This document shows positions 42,556 to 51,427 of a DNA stretch of 51,427 nucleotides, one piece after another (position 1 is the stretch's first letter; the number at the start of each line of letters is the position of its first letter). The position numbers and the translations under genes are program-made. Source of the DNA: Rhodanobacteraceae bacterium (GTDB lineage Bacteria > Pseudomonadota > Gammaproteobacteria > Xanthomonadales > Rhodanobacteraceae); contig DATNAW010000014.1 of assembly GCA_035572335.1 (NCBI GenBank), positions 1 through 51,427 on the forward strand, written 5' to 3'. The notes beneath the pieces are model-generated. The model worked only from the letters and a program-made list of their open reading frames with translations, was not told the DNA's origin and made no database searches.

Positions 42556-44430
42556 TCAGCCTTTCGCGCCGGGCTTGGCTTCCGCCGCGCGCGTCTTCGC
42601 GAACAGCCGCTCCACCGCCATTTGCGTCAGCGGGTGATAGCCGTCCTTCGCTTTCGCGTAAACCTTCCCGGCATACGTGAAGCCTTCCGGCGTCGCGCAG
42701 AACGCCTTGTACACGGGCATCGTGAGATAAAGGCGGCCGATGCGCGTCATGTGTTCGGCGGCGGCGGGCCACGCAGCCTTGTCGCCCGCCGCGATCGCGT
42801 GCACGTACCAGCGCATGCCGATCTCGGCGTTGGGCGTGCCGGTGAGATGCCACGCGGCGTCGAGCTGCTGCACCTTCGCGAGCGGCGGCGAATCGGGCAG
42901 GCGGTCGAGGAAGTACATCCACTCCTGTGTGTTCCACGATTTCGCATCGAGCTTGTCGGCAGCCAGCGTGCCCGCAAGGAACGCCGCGCGCTCCTTGTCG
43001 ATCGCATCGAAGCGCGGTGAATCCGGAATCGGCGCATCCTTCGGAATGCCAGCGCCGTATACCCATTCCTTCACTTCATCCCAGCTCATCTTGCCGGGAT
43101 ACTTGTCGATCAGGTTGGGTTTCAGGTACGCCAGCATCTGTTCGGTGGTGATGCTGTGCCACGCGAAGTGGTTGAAGTAGCCTTTCAGCCATGTATCGAA
43201 ATGCTCGCGTCCGAATTTCTGTTCCAGCGCGCGCAGGAACCACGAACCCTTGTCGTAGGCGACGTCGGAAAGTTCGTCATCGGCATCGGTCGTGCGCGGC
43301 TGCGGTGCGAGGCGCTGGGAATTTTCCGGCATCCTGCCGATGGACTTTTCGAGATTGCGGATCGCCAGCAGCGATTCCTCGGTTTCCTGGCGCTGGCCAT
43401 ACAGCGCTTCGGTGACGCGGCCCTGCACGTAGGTGGTGAAGCCTTCGTTCAACCAGCCGTCGCGCCACGTCGCGTTGGTGACGAGGTTGCCCGACCACGA
43501 GTGCGCGAGTTCATGCGAGATCACGCTGACCAGGCTCTTGTCGCCGACGATGATCGTCGGCGTCGCGAAGGTCATGTTCGGATTTTCCATGCCGCCGAAC
43601 GGGAACGACGGCGGCAGCACGAGGATGTCGTAGCGACCCCAGCGGTAAGGACCGTACAACTTCTCGGTGGTCCCGATCATCTTCTCGGTGTCTTCGAACT
43701 CGCGCGCGGCTTTCGCGACGACGGAAGGTTCGGCGTACACCGCACTGCGCGGCCCGGTCTCGCGCACGTCGATGTCGCCTGCAGCGATCGCCATCAGGTA
43801 CGACGGGATCGGGTGCGTCTGCTCGAAGTCGAACGAACCGTCCAGAGGGTGCTTCGGATCGTTGGGCGCGCTCATTACCACGCGGACCTCCTTCGGCGCG
43901 CTGACGTGCGCCTTGTAGGTGAAGCGGACCGCCGGCGAATCCTGCAGCGGAATCCACGAGCGCGCGTGGGTCGCTTCCGATTGCGAGAACAGGAACGGCA
44001 ACTTCTTGTCCGCGGTTTGCGCGGCGGTCAGCCATTGCAGGCCACTGGCGTCGGGTGACGTGGTGTAGGCGATGCGCACTTCGTGGGGATGCTTCGGCGC
44101 CGCGATCGTGAGTTTCGAACCCATGTTCGGCACCGGCGCGGCAAGCTGATACTTCAAGGCGCGGGTCTGGCCCTTGCCGTCCACCGCTTCGATCGAGGCG
44201 ATCTTCAGGTTCCCGGTGTCGAGCACCAGGTCGTGCCCCGCGGCGTTCTTCCAGTCCAGCGTCAGCATGGCCACGCCGTCCAGCTGCTTGTGCGTGAAAT
44301 CGACCTTGAGGTCCAGGTCGATGTGGTTGATGACGACCTCGTCCGGCTGCGCGTACGAATGTCGATCCGCGGCCTGCGCCGCGATTGGCAGCACGAAGGC
44401 GCCGAGGGCGAGGGTGGAGAGCAGGCGCAT
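42556..44430 (-). CDS. M1-family zinc metallopeptidase (aminopeptidase / leukotriene-A4-hydrolase-like), secreted
   Basis: GGMENP exopeptidase motif and HELAHSWSGNLVTNATWRDGWLNEGFTTY (HEXXH-X18-E). Signal peptide MRLLSTLALGAFVLPIAAQA. Confidence 0.9.
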   Translation of the reverse strand: MRLLSTLALGAFVLPIAAQAADRHSYAQPDEVVINHIDLDLKVDFTHKQLDGVAMLTLDWKNAAGHDLVLDTGNLKIASIEAVDGKGQTRALKYQLAAPVPNMGSKLTIAAPKHPHEVRIAYTTSPDASGLQWLTAAQTADKKLPFLFSQSEATHARSWIPLQDSPAVRFTYKAHVSAPKEVRVVMSAPNDPKHPLDGSFDFEQTHPIPSYLMAIAAGDIDVRETGPRSAVYAEPSVVAKAAREFEDTEKMIGTTEKLYGPYRWGRYDILVLPPSFPFGGMENPNMTFATPTIIVGDKSLVSVISHELAHSWSGNLVTNATWRDGWLNEGFTTYVQGRVTEALYGQRQETEESLLAIRNLEKSIGRMPENSQRLAPQPRTTDADDELSDVAYDKGSWFLRALEQKFGREHFDTWLKGYFNHFAWHSITTEQMLAYLKPNLIDKYPGKMSWDEVKEWVYGAGIPKDAPIPDSPRFDAIDKERAAFLAGTLAADKLDAKSWNTQEWMYFLDRLPDSPPLAKVQQLDAAWHLTGTPNAEIGMRWYVHAIAAGDKAAWPAAAEHMTRIGRLYLTMPVYKAFCATPEGFTYAGKVYAKAKDGYHPLTQMAVERLFAKTRAAEAKPGAKG

Positions 44431-44559
44431 GGGCGCTCCTGTCGAAAAGGAAATCCCGAGTATGCCAGCGCCCCGATGCCCGCGCCCGTGCGGAAAGCAA
44501 CGGCGCCGCGCTTTCCGTGCGGGAATAGAATCCGCGCTTCGGCCACGCGGAGTTTAGCC

Positions 44560-45231
44560 ATGCCCACGCTGTACATCGCCAACAAGAATTACTCGTCGTG
44601 GTCGCTGCGTCCGTGGGTGCTGCTGCGCGAACTCGGCATTCCCTTCGAGGAAAAAGTAATGCCGTTCCATGGCGGCGCGTTCACGACGTTTTCGCCCAGC
44701 GGCAAGGTGCCGTGTCTCGTGGACGGCGCGATCACGGTGTGGGATTCGCTGGCGATCGCCGAATACGTCGCCGAGTCGCATCCGCAGGTGTGGCCGGCCG
44801 ACAAGGCCGCGCGCGCCTTCGCGCGCTGCGCTGCCGCGGAGATGCATTCGGGATTCATGGCGCTGCGCACGCAATGCGGGATGAATTGCGGCATCCGGGT
44901 GAAGCTGCATCGTGTCGACGACGCGTTGCAGCACGACCTCACGCGTTTGAACGCATTGTGGAACGACGGCCTGCAACGTTTCGGCGGCCCGTTTCTCGCT
45001 GGCGCGAAGTTCAGTGCCGCCGATGCGTTCTTCGCGCCGGTCGCGTTCCGCATCCAGACCTACGCGCCGCCACTCGACGATGCCGCGAATGCTTACACGC
45101 AACGTCTGCTGGCATTGCCGTCGATGCGGGACTGGTATCGCGCCGCGCTGGCCGAAACCTGGCGTGACGCCGGGCACGATGCCGAAGTCGCGGAGTGGGG
45201 GTCGGTCACTGAGGATTTGCGCGCGGTCTGA
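44560..45231 (+). CDS. Glutathione S-transferase family protein
   Basis: ATG 44560 gives MPTLYIANKNYSSWSLRPWVLLRELGIPFEE, followed by GKVPCLVDG..VWDSLAIAEY, a thioredoxin-like GST N-domain. The upstream part of the ORF-track entry is antisense to the M1 gene. Confidence 0.75.
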   Translation: MPTLYIANKNYSSWSLRPWVLLRELGIPFEEKVMPFHGGAFTTFSPSGKVPCLVDGAITVWDSLAIAEYVAESHPQVWPADKAARAFARCAAAEMHSGFMALRTQCGMNCGIRVKLHRVDDALQHDLTRLNALWNDGLQRFGGPFLAGAKFSAADAFFAPVAFRIQTYAPPLDDAANAYTQRLLALPSMRDWYRAALAETWRDAGHDAEVAEWGSVTEDLRAV

Positions 45232-45283
45232 AGCGCTCGTTCGGTGTCGATCAACTTTGCACCTGTCACATCGGGAGACGGCG

Positions 45284-45928
45284 ATGACGCTTCGTTCGAA
45301 ACTGTCGTTCGGCCTCGTGGCCGTGATCGTGCTGTGGGCGGGATTCCTGTTGCTGCCATTGGGGGTGCCCGGTTACGACGGGGTCAGGCAGACGGTCAGC
45401 GAAATCGGGCAACAGGGTTCGCCGATGCGGTTTCCGTTTGCGGGCATGCTTTGCGTTTTCGCAGCTTGCCTGCTCGTCTTCGCATGGGCATTGCGCGACG
45501 TCGCGCGCAAATCCGGCGCCTCCACCGCGGTCGCCTACGTCACCGGCTTCATGGCGATCTCGTCCGTGGGCGTGGGGATCTTCGCCTATCCGCATCCGCT
45601 GCACGGCGACTTCGGTCTTTCGGAATTTGTCGGCTACCAGGCGCCTTGGGTGCTCGCGCTGACGTGGCGACGCGCCAAACAGGCCCGCGGACTGGTGACA
45701 TTCTCGTGGTGGATGGCCGTGATCGTGTGGTGTGCGATCCTCGCGAACCTCAGTGCGCTCGATTTCAACGGCTGGCTCTGGCATCTCGAACGCCCCGTGT
45801 ACGGCATCGTCCAGCGCTCGCTGTTTTTCATGTGGAGCGTGTGGTTGGCGGGCACCAGCGCCGCGCTGATGAAGCAGCGCAACGTTGCCGGCGTGCGCGA
45901 ACCCGTGCCGTTGACAGCGATTGATTGA
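45284..45928 (+). CDS. Hypothetical membrane protein (DUF998-like)
   Basis: ATG 45284 follows GGGAGA (45273-45278). Six hydrophobic segments. VSEIGQQGSP after TM1 resembles the DUF998 signature as I remember it. Confidence 0.5.
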   Translation: MTLRSKLSFGLVAVIVLWAGFLLLPLGVPGYDGVRQTVSEIGQQGSPMRFPFAGMLCVFAACLLVFAWALRDVARKSGASTAVAYVTGFMAISSVGVGIFAYPHPLHGDFGLSEFVGYQAPWVLALTWRRAKQARGLVTFSWWMAVIVWCAILANLSALDFNGWLWHLERPVYGIVQRSLFFMWSVWLAGTSAALMKQRNVAGVREPVPLTAID

Positions 45929-45938
45929 GCGGCGCGGG

Positions 45939-46580
45939 TCAAGGCAACTCGTCAGCCGTGTGCGGGTCTTCGCTGTACGGATGCATCGTCGCAAGGAACC
46001 GCGGTTGCGCCTGCACCCGTGCAATCCACGCACGGAAGTGTGGATACGGGTCCAGTGGAATGCCGGCCTCTTCCGCACGGCTCGCGTAGGCGAACACCGA
46101 CATGTCGGCGATGCTGTAGCGGTCGTTGGCAAGAAAGGATCGCGTGGACAATTCGCGATCGAGGATGGCCAGCGTGCGCAACGCGCCCGCGCGTTTCATT
46201 TCGACCAGTGCGGGTGGGCGCTGTGCCAGCTTGCCGGTGAGCGTCCAGTAACGCAGCGAACCGATCACCGATTCCACGCGCTCCTGTTCGAAGTGCAGCC
46301 ACTGCTGCACCTTGGCGCGCTCGAACGGATCGCTCGGCAAGTACGGCGTGCCGTCGGCGAGGTAGGCGAGGATCGCGTTCGACTCCGCCAGCGTGCGGCC
46401 GTCGTCCAGCCGGATCGCGGGTACCGTGCCGGTGGGATTGATCGCGAGATAGGCCTCGCTGCGTCCCGCGCCTTCGAAGATGCTCACGATTTCGGTGCGG
46501 TGCGGACGATCGAGATGGTGCAACAGCTGGCGTACCTTCCAGGCGTTTTGCGAGGGCAGGTAGTCGAACAGGGTCAGCAT
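45939..46580 (-). CDS. Glutathione S-transferase
   Basis: MLTLFDYLPSQNAWKVRQLL...NPTGTVPAIRLDDGRTLAESNAILAYLA forms the GST N-domain, followed by a typical helical C-domain. Confidence 0.8.
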   Translation of the reverse strand: MLTLFDYLPSQNAWKVRQLLHHLDRPHRTEIVSIFEGAGRSEAYLAINPTGTVPAIRLDDGRTLAESNAILAYLADGTPYLPSDPFERAKVQQWLHFEQERVESVIGSLRYWTLTGKLAQRPPALVEMKRAGALRTLAILDRELSTRSFLANDRYSIADMSVFAYASRAEEAGIPLDPYPHFRAWIARVQAQPRFLATMHPYSEDPHTADELP

Positions 46581-46655
46581 GGCGCGGCTCCATCATCGAA
46601 AGCGCGAAGGTTGCCAGTTCGCGCGCCGTCGTGCCATCCGGTTCTTGCGGATGGA

Positions 46656-47609
46656 TCAGCCGAGCCGATCGGCGAATGCGTCGGTGGCTTCGACCAGCTT
46701 GTCCACGATCGCCGGATCGGCTGCGGAATGTCCTGCCAGCACGACATGGAATTCCGCTTCCGGCCACGCCTGGTGCAGCTCGAACGCGGTCTTCACCGGG
46801 CAGATGATGTCGTAGCGGCCGTGTACGATGACGGCGGGGATGCGGCGGACGCGATCGATGTCGCGCAGCAACTGATTCGGTTCCAGGAACATGCCGTTGC
46901 GGAAATAGTGCGCTTCCAGCCGGGCCAGGCTCACCGCCTTGTGCGGTTCGTCGAAATCGCCACCTGCATCCGGATCGTGGACCAGCGTGGTGCTGCCGCC
47001 TTCGTAGGCGCTCCATGCGCGCGCGGCGGCGAGTCGAACGGCTTCATCGTTGCTGTCGAGGCGCCGCCAGTAGGCTTCGATCATGTTGCCGCGCTCGGCT
47101 TCCGGGATGAAGTCGCGGAAGCGCGTCCAGCGTTCGGGAAAAATGCAGCGCGCGCCGCCATCCATTTCGTTGAACCAGCGCAATTCCTCTTCGCGCGCGA
47201 GGAAGATGCCGCGCAACACCAGACCGGTGACGCGACCTGGATGTGCTTCGGCATAGGCGAGCGCAAGCGTCGAACCCCACGAGCCGCCGAACACAAGCCA
47301 GCGTTCGATGCCGAGGTGTTCGCGGATGCGTTCGATGTCGGCGACAAGATGTGGCGTGGTGTTGGCATCGAGGCTGGCGAACGGCGTCGACTGGCCCGCG
47401 CCGCGCTGGTCGAACAGCACCACGCGCCAGCGCGCAGGGTCGAAGAAGCAGCGGTGATAGGGCGACAAACCCGCACCCGGACCGCCGTGCAGGAACACCA
47501 CCGGCAAGCCATCCGGGTTGCCGCATTCCTCGACGTGCAGCATGTGCCCGTCGCCGACGGAAAGGCTTCCGGTGCGGTACGGTTCGATTTCGGGATACAG
47601 CTCGCGCAT
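46656..47609 (-). CDS. pip: Prolyl aminopeptidase (proline iminopeptidase, S33)
   Basis: MRELYPEIEPYRTGSL...VVFLHGGPGAG, GGSWGSTLALAYA nucleophile, HGRYDIICP (Asp), LAGHSA (His). Confidence 0.9.
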   Translation of the reverse strand: MRELYPEIEPYRTGSLSVGDGHMLHVEECGNPDGLPVVFLHGGPGAGLSPYHRCFFDPARWRVVLFDQRGAGQSTPFASLDANTTPHLVADIERIREHLGIERWLVFGGSWGSTLALAYAEAHPGRVTGLVLRGIFLAREEELRWFNEMDGGARCIFPERWTRFRDFIPEAERGNMIEAYWRRLDSNDEAVRLAAARAWSAYEGGSTTLVHDPDAGGDFDEPHKAVSLARLEAHYFRNGMFLEPNQLLRDIDRVRRIPAVIVHGRYDIICPVKTAFELHQAWPEAEFHVVLAGHSAADPAIVDKLVEATDAFADRLG

Positions 47610-47624
47610 GGCTTCACCGGTCGC

Positions 47625-48134
47625 TCAGGGACAGGCCATCTTCAGCGCCGGTCCCCAGGTGTTGCGGAAAGACATGACGTACTTCGCCGCTCCGTGTTCG
47701 TCCGTGCCCCGGTAGATGCCGACCGGCGCGGGTTCCTGGTCCGGATTCCACTGCACCGTCAATCCCGTTTGCAGACGCGCATGCGACGACTCGCCGACGG
47801 CGGCGAGCTCGTGCCGGTTGGCGCGGCGCAACTTGAACACGCTCGAATACGAGCCCCAGTAACTCCCAATCGCGCGCAACTGGTAGCCGTCGTCGGTCTG
47901 GCGCACCTGGATCAGGAAGTCCGCATTGTTGGCGCCCCAGCTTTGCGGTGTCACGCTGAAGCAGCCCAGCAGGTCGTCGACCGATTCCGCGCCGACGTGC
48001 ATCTGCACGGCCTGCTCGCTCTTGGCGCACGGCGAGTCCTGGTACGCGACCTGCCCGCCGTGCGTGCATTTGTAGACCTGCGCCGAAGCGACGGACGAAA
48101 CCAGCAGCAACAGCAACGCCAGGATGTAACGCAT
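47625..48134 (-). CDS. Secreted DUF4124-like protein
   Basis: Signal peptide MRYILALLLLLVSSVASA, followed by QVYKCTHGGQVAYQDSPC, the DUF4124 pattern. Confidence 0.6.
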   Translation of the reverse strand: MRYILALLLLLVSSVASAQVYKCTHGGQVAYQDSPCAKSEQAVQMHVGAESVDDLLGCFSVTPQSWGANNADFLIQVRQTDDGYQLRAIGSYWGSYSSVFKLRRANRHELAAVGESSHARLQTGLTVQWNPDQEPAPVGIYRGTDEHGAAKYVMSFRNTWGPALKMACP

Positions 48135-48158
48135 CGTTCCCCCTGAAAGAACGTGGAT

Positions 48159-48920
48159 TCAAATCTTGTAGCCGCGATGGATGGCGACGATGCCGGCGGA
48201 AAGGTTGCGTACCTGCACGCTGCGGAAACCGGCCGCTTCCATCATCGCCTTCAGCGTTTGCTGGTCCGGATGTTTGCGGATCGATTCGGCGAGGTAGCGA
48301 TAGCTGCCTTCGTCGTGCGCAACCAGTTTGCCGATGCGCGGCAGCACCTGGAATGAATGGAAGTCGTACAGCGGTCGCAGCCAATCCTGGTTGACGCGTG
48401 AGAACTCCAGGATCAACACGCGGCCACCCGGCTTCAGCACGCGCTGCATTTCGCGCAAGGCCTGGTCCTTGTCGGTGACGTTGCGCAGGCCGAACGCGAT
48501 GGTGACCGCGTCGAACGACGCGTCCGGAAACGGCAAGGCTTCGGCGTTGACTTGCGCCCAGCGCAACCCCTGCAGCATGCCGCGATCCAGCAGCCGGTCG
48601 CGACCGACGCGCAACATCTCCGCATTGATGTCGGCGACGACGATCTCGCCCTTGTCGCCCACGCGCGGCAACAGCAACGCCGCGATGTCGCCGGTGCCGC
48701 CCGCGAGGTCGAGCACGCGATCGCCTTTGCGGATGCCGGACGTCGCAACGAAATGCCGCTTCCACAAACGGTGGACGCCGAACGACATCAGATCGTTCAT
48801 CACGTCGTACTTGCCGGCGACGGACGAGAACACTTCGCCGACCAGTTTCTGTTTTTCGGCGACGGGCACTTCGCGGTAGCCGAAGTGCGTAGTGGTGCCG
48901 GGAGTGTTCGATGCGCTCAT
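48159..48920 (-). CDS. ubiE: Ubiquinone/menaquinone biosynthesis C-methyltransferase UbiE
   Basis: [45 protein letters not shown] and [12 protein letters not shown]. Full-length match to the UbiE pattern. Confidence 0.9.
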   Translation of the reverse strand: MSASNTPGTTTHFGYREVPVAEKQKLVGEVFSSVAGKYDVMNDLMSFGVHRLWKRHFVATSGIRKGDRVLDLAGGTGDIAALLLPRVGDKGEIVVADINAEMLRVGRDRLLDRGMLQGLRWAQVNAEALPFPDASFDAVTIAFGLRNVTDKDQALREMQRVLKPGGRVLILEFSRVNQDWLRPLYDFHSFQVLPRIGKLVAHDEGSYRYLAESIRKHPDQQTLKAMMEAAGFRSVQVRNLSAGIVAIHRGYKI

Positions 48921-48956
48921 GTCGGCATTCTAAGGCGAGTTCAACGGGAGCCGGGC

Positions 48957-48989
48957 AAAAAAAGAACCCCTCACTTTCGGGAGGGGTTC
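48957..48989 (-). terminator. Rho-independent terminator downstream of the M16 peptidase gene
   Basis: On the minus strand: GAACCCCTC, an 8-nt loop, GAGGGGTTC (9-bp stem, 48964-48989), then TTTTTTT (plus-strand A-run 48957-48963). It lies 24 nt after the stop at 49013 and 36 nt upstream of the ubiE start. Confidence 0.8.
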
Positions 48990-49012
48990 CAAGTTGCGTC
49001 TACGTGATGAAT

Positions 49013-51319
49013 TTACTTCACCGGATTGCCGTCCGCATCGATCACGTGCACTTCGCCCAGATTCAACGCGCGCACCGGCTGCTCGATCTTCGAAAGATCG
49101 CCCACGATCACCCAGGTGAGTTGATCCGGGTGGATCACTTCCTTGGCGGCCGCATTGACCGCGGCGTCCTTCTGCGCCTCGATGCGGCCCTTCAAGGTTT
49201 GCACGTAGTCGTCCGGACGATCGAACTTGACGATGCCCGCAACGGCCGACAGCACCGCGCGCGAAGTCTCGTACTCACCCGGCATCGAACGGACATCGTT
49301 GTCCTTGATCTTCTGGATCTCCGTGTCGGTGAGCGGCTTGTCGCCGATCACCGCGCGCGCCTCCTTCAGCACTTCTTCCGCGGACGGCGCGGTCTTGTCG
49401 GTCTGCACCGGCGCGTACATCAGGAATGGCCGCTGGCCGACCGCGCTCGGGCTGAAGCTGAAAGCGCCGTAGGCCCAGTGCTTGTCCTCGCGCAGGTTCA
49501 TGTTGAGGCGCGAAGTGAAGGTGCCGCCGAACGCACCATTCATGGTGCCGATCTCGAGATTGTTGGGCGCCTTGGTCGACGGCGAAACCAGTCCCGCGAT
49601 GATCACCGACTGCTGCGCGCCCGGACGATTCACCAGGTACACGCTGGACTTGGCCGGGAAAGCGACCTTGGCGAGGTTCTTGGGCGGGACCGGCGTCGAC
49701 GGTGCCTTCCAGTCGCCGAACACCTTTTCCAGTTGCGGGATGATCTTGTCCAGCGTGGTGTCGCCCGCGACCAGGATCTTCATGTTGTCGGGACGGATGT
49801 AGTCGTGCACGAAACCGCGCATGTCGGCCGTGGTCAGCGACTTGATCGAGTTTTCCGTGCCCGAACCGGTGAACGGAATCGCGTAGGCGTTGCCGTTGCC
49901 GTACAGGATCGGCGGCAGCAGGCGCAGCGCGAGCGCGGTCGGCTGGGTCTTCTCCTGCGCGATGCCGGCCAGCCACTGCCCGCGCAAGCGCGACACGTCC
50001 GCATCGCGGAATGCCGGGTTGCGCACGACATCGGCGTACAGCGCCAGCGAATCGGCGAGATTGGAATCGAGCGCGCTCATCCAGGCGTTGCAGGTATCGA
50101 GGTCGCAACCGCTCGCGATCTCGGCGCCCAGCCGTTGCTTGCGCTTGGCGATTTCGACCGAATCGAGATCCCTGGTGCCTTCGTCCAGCATGCCCATCGT
50201 GAAGCTGGAGGTGCCGAGCTTGCGGCCCTGGTCGGCGGCGTAACCTGCATCGAACAGCGCCTCGACCTGCACCACCGGGATCGAGTGGCGCTCGGCCAGC
50301 ACCACCTCGATGCCGTTCTTCAATTTGCCGTGCTGCAGGTTCGGGAACGTGAGATTGGGGAACGCCGCCACTTGCGGCACGCCCTTGCTGCGGTCAACGT
50401 CGCTCCTGGTGACCTTGTAATCACCCTTGGGCGACAACTGATCGGCGGGACGGCCCGGGATCGCGGCGCGGCCGCTTTCGGTGGCCATGTCCTTGGCCTC
50501 GACCTTGCCCGGCACCACGGTGAGCGTGTAATCGCCCTGCGCCAGCCACTTGTCGGCGGCAGCTTTCACTTCGGCGGGCGTCGCCGCCATCGTGGTGTCG
50601 TAGTCCTTCTTCCACGCGCCCGGATCGCCGCGATAGACCTGACCCTCGGCCAGCGTCACCGCCTTGCCCGAGAAGCCGCCGATCTGTTCCAGGCCGCGGA
50701 TCGTGGAGGCCTGGTTGGTGGTTTGCGCGCGCTTCAATTCGTCTGCGCTCGGGCCGCCCTTGAGGAATTTCTGCCATTCATCGGCGATCGCGGCATCGAC
50801 CCTGGCCGGATCGACGCCCTTCTTTACGTCCACCTGCAGCATCGACATGCTGGCCAGTTCGAAGGTCATGTTGTAGACCGAGACATCGTCGGCCAGCTTG
50901 TCCTTGTAGACAAGGCGCTGGTACAGGCGCGAGGTTTTGCTGCCGCCGAGCACCTGCGCGGCCAGGTCCAGCATCAAGCGGTCGTTGCCGGGCGCATCGA
51001 GGCCGGGCGTGTTCCACTCGCGGTAGATGCGGGTTTGCGCGACATTGTCGGTCATCGTGCCGCTGGACGATTTCGTGTTCGGCGCGACCCACGCCTGCGG
51101 CCGCGGCACGCGCGTGCCGGCCGGGACGTCGCCGAAATACTTCATGGCCTTCTCGCGCGCCTGCGCCGGCGTGATGTCGCCGACCAGCACCAGCGTGGTG
51201 TTGGCCGCGCCGTAGTAGTCGCGGAACCACTGCTTCACCGTGCCGAGCGAAGCGGCGTTCAAGTCCGCCATCGAGCCGATGGTGTCGTGGTGGTACGGAT
51301 GGTCGGCCGGGAACGCATT
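49013..51319 (-). CDS. M16-family (pitrilysin/PqqL-like) zinc peptidase, 5-prime-truncated at an inverted-repeat junction
   Basis: M16 features include HPYHHDTIGSMADLNAASLGTVKQWFRDYYGAANTTLVLVGDI and a second M16 unit downstream. The frame stays open upstream of ATG 51271 as ...NAFPADHPYHH, then enters the inverted arm and hits TGA at 51374-51376. The N-terminal HxxEH zinc-binding region is absent. Confidence 0.7.
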   Translation of the reverse strand, partial: NAFPADHPYHHDTIGSMADLNAASLGTVKQWFRDYYGAANTTLVLVGDITPAQAREKAMKYFGDVPAGTRVPRPQAWVAPNTKSSSGTMTDNVAQTRIYREWNTPGLDAPGNDRLMLDLAAQVLGGSKTSRLYQRLVYKDKLADDVSVYNMTFELASMSMLQVDVKKGVDPARVDAAIADEWQKFLKGGPSADELKRAQTTNQASTIRGLEQIGGFSGKAVTLAEGQVYRGDPGAWKKDYDTTMAATPAEVKAAADKWLAQGDYTLTVVPGKVEAKDMATESGRAAIPGRPADQLSPKGDYKVTRSDVDRSKGVPQVAAFPNLTFPNLQHGKLKNGIEVVLAERHSIPVVQVEALFDAGYAADQGRKLGTSSFTMGMLDEGTRDLDSVEIAKRKQRLGAEIASGCDLDTCNAWMSALDSNLADSLALYADVVRNPAFRDADVSRLRGQWLAGIAQEKTQPTALALRLLPPILYGNGNAYAIPFTGSGTENSIKSLTTADMRGFVHDYIRPDNMKILVAGDTTLDKIIPQLEKVFGDWKAPSTPVPPKNLAKVAFPAKSSVYLVNRPGAQQSVIIAGLVSPSTKAPNNLEIGTMNGAFGGTFTSRLNMNLREDKHWAYGAFSFSPSAVGQRPFLMYAPVQTDKTAPSAEEVLKEARAVIGDKPLTDTEIQKIKDNDVRSMPGEYETSRAVLSAVAGIVKFDRPDDYVQTLKGRIEAQKDAAVNAAAKEVIHPDQLTWVIVGDLSKIEQPVRALNLGEVHVIDADGNPVK

Positions 51320-51427
51320 GGTTCCGCGACTACTACGGCGCGGCCAACACCACGCTGGTGCTGGTCGGCGACATCACGCCCGCGCAGGCGCGCGAGAAGG
51401 CCATGAAGTATTTCGGCGACATTCCCG
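51121..51427. repeat. Inverted repeat: arm A 51121-51229, arm B 51319-51427 (runs to the window end), 89-nt spacer
   Basis: By hand alignment the reverse complement of arm A matches arm B at 105 of 109 nt. Arm B therefore encodes WFRDYYGAANTTLVLVGDITPAQAREKAMKYFGDIP on the plus strand, a copy of the minus-strand M16 segment. Confidence 0.85.

Noticed and set aside
46634-46654. Hairpin CCATCCG-gttcttg-CGGATGG immediately after the pip stop
   Set aside because: No U-tract follows on the minus strand and the stem is only 7 bp. Not called as a terminator.
45921-48146. 741-aa plus-strand ORF
   Set aside because: Antisense to three well-supported minus-strand genes (GST, pip, DUF4124).
48911-51406. 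831-aa plus-strand ORF
   Set aside because: Antisense to the M16 peptidase gene. The translation is Arg/Gly/Ala/His-rich with no motifs.

Overview
High-GC bacterial chromosomal segment. Gene content suggests a Xanthomonadales/Lysobacterales-type gammaproteobacterium, but that is inference only. I support about 45 protein-coding genes and saw no rRNA, tRNA, CRISPR array, transposase or integrase. Many long ORFs in the track are antisense shadow ORFs typical of high-GC DNA; coding strands were chosen by recognisable catalytic motifs, RBS/start context and start/stop coupling. The centre of the window (12.9-33.3 kb) is a Wzx/Wzy-dependent polysaccharide locus. It has a WecA/MraY-type initiating transferase on the plus strand and a divergent Wza-like exporter. 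Between them lies a 14-gene minus-strand operon: Wzc-like tyrosine autokinase, Wzx flippase, two tandem PAPS-type sulfotransferases, four GT4 glycosyltransferases, a Wzy-like membrane protein, two methyltransferase-like genes, an AsnB-type amidotransferase, a kinase-fold protein with an apparently degenerate catalytic loop, and a secreted hypothetical protein. Seven of its 13 gene junctions overlap. This predicts a sulfated, methylated and amidated exopolysaccharide or O-antigen and is the most interesting system here. The flanks carry tandem secreted GH65-like paralogs, an esterase, a convergent pair of TIGR02466-type 2OG-Fe(II) oxygenase-like genes (one fused to TPRs), an SGNH hydrolase and a PA0069-type radical SAM gene. 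A visibly lower-GC two-gene islet holds a LuxR-HTH fusion and a secreted protein. The window is also rich in peptidases (three S9, M1, M16, proline iminopeptidase) and contains an AlgZ/AlgR-type LytS/LytTR two-component pair, two GSTs and ubiE. The last 109 nt are a near-perfect inverted copy of 51121-51229. This truncates the M16 peptidase gene and looks like a fold-back chimera or an inversion breakpoint.
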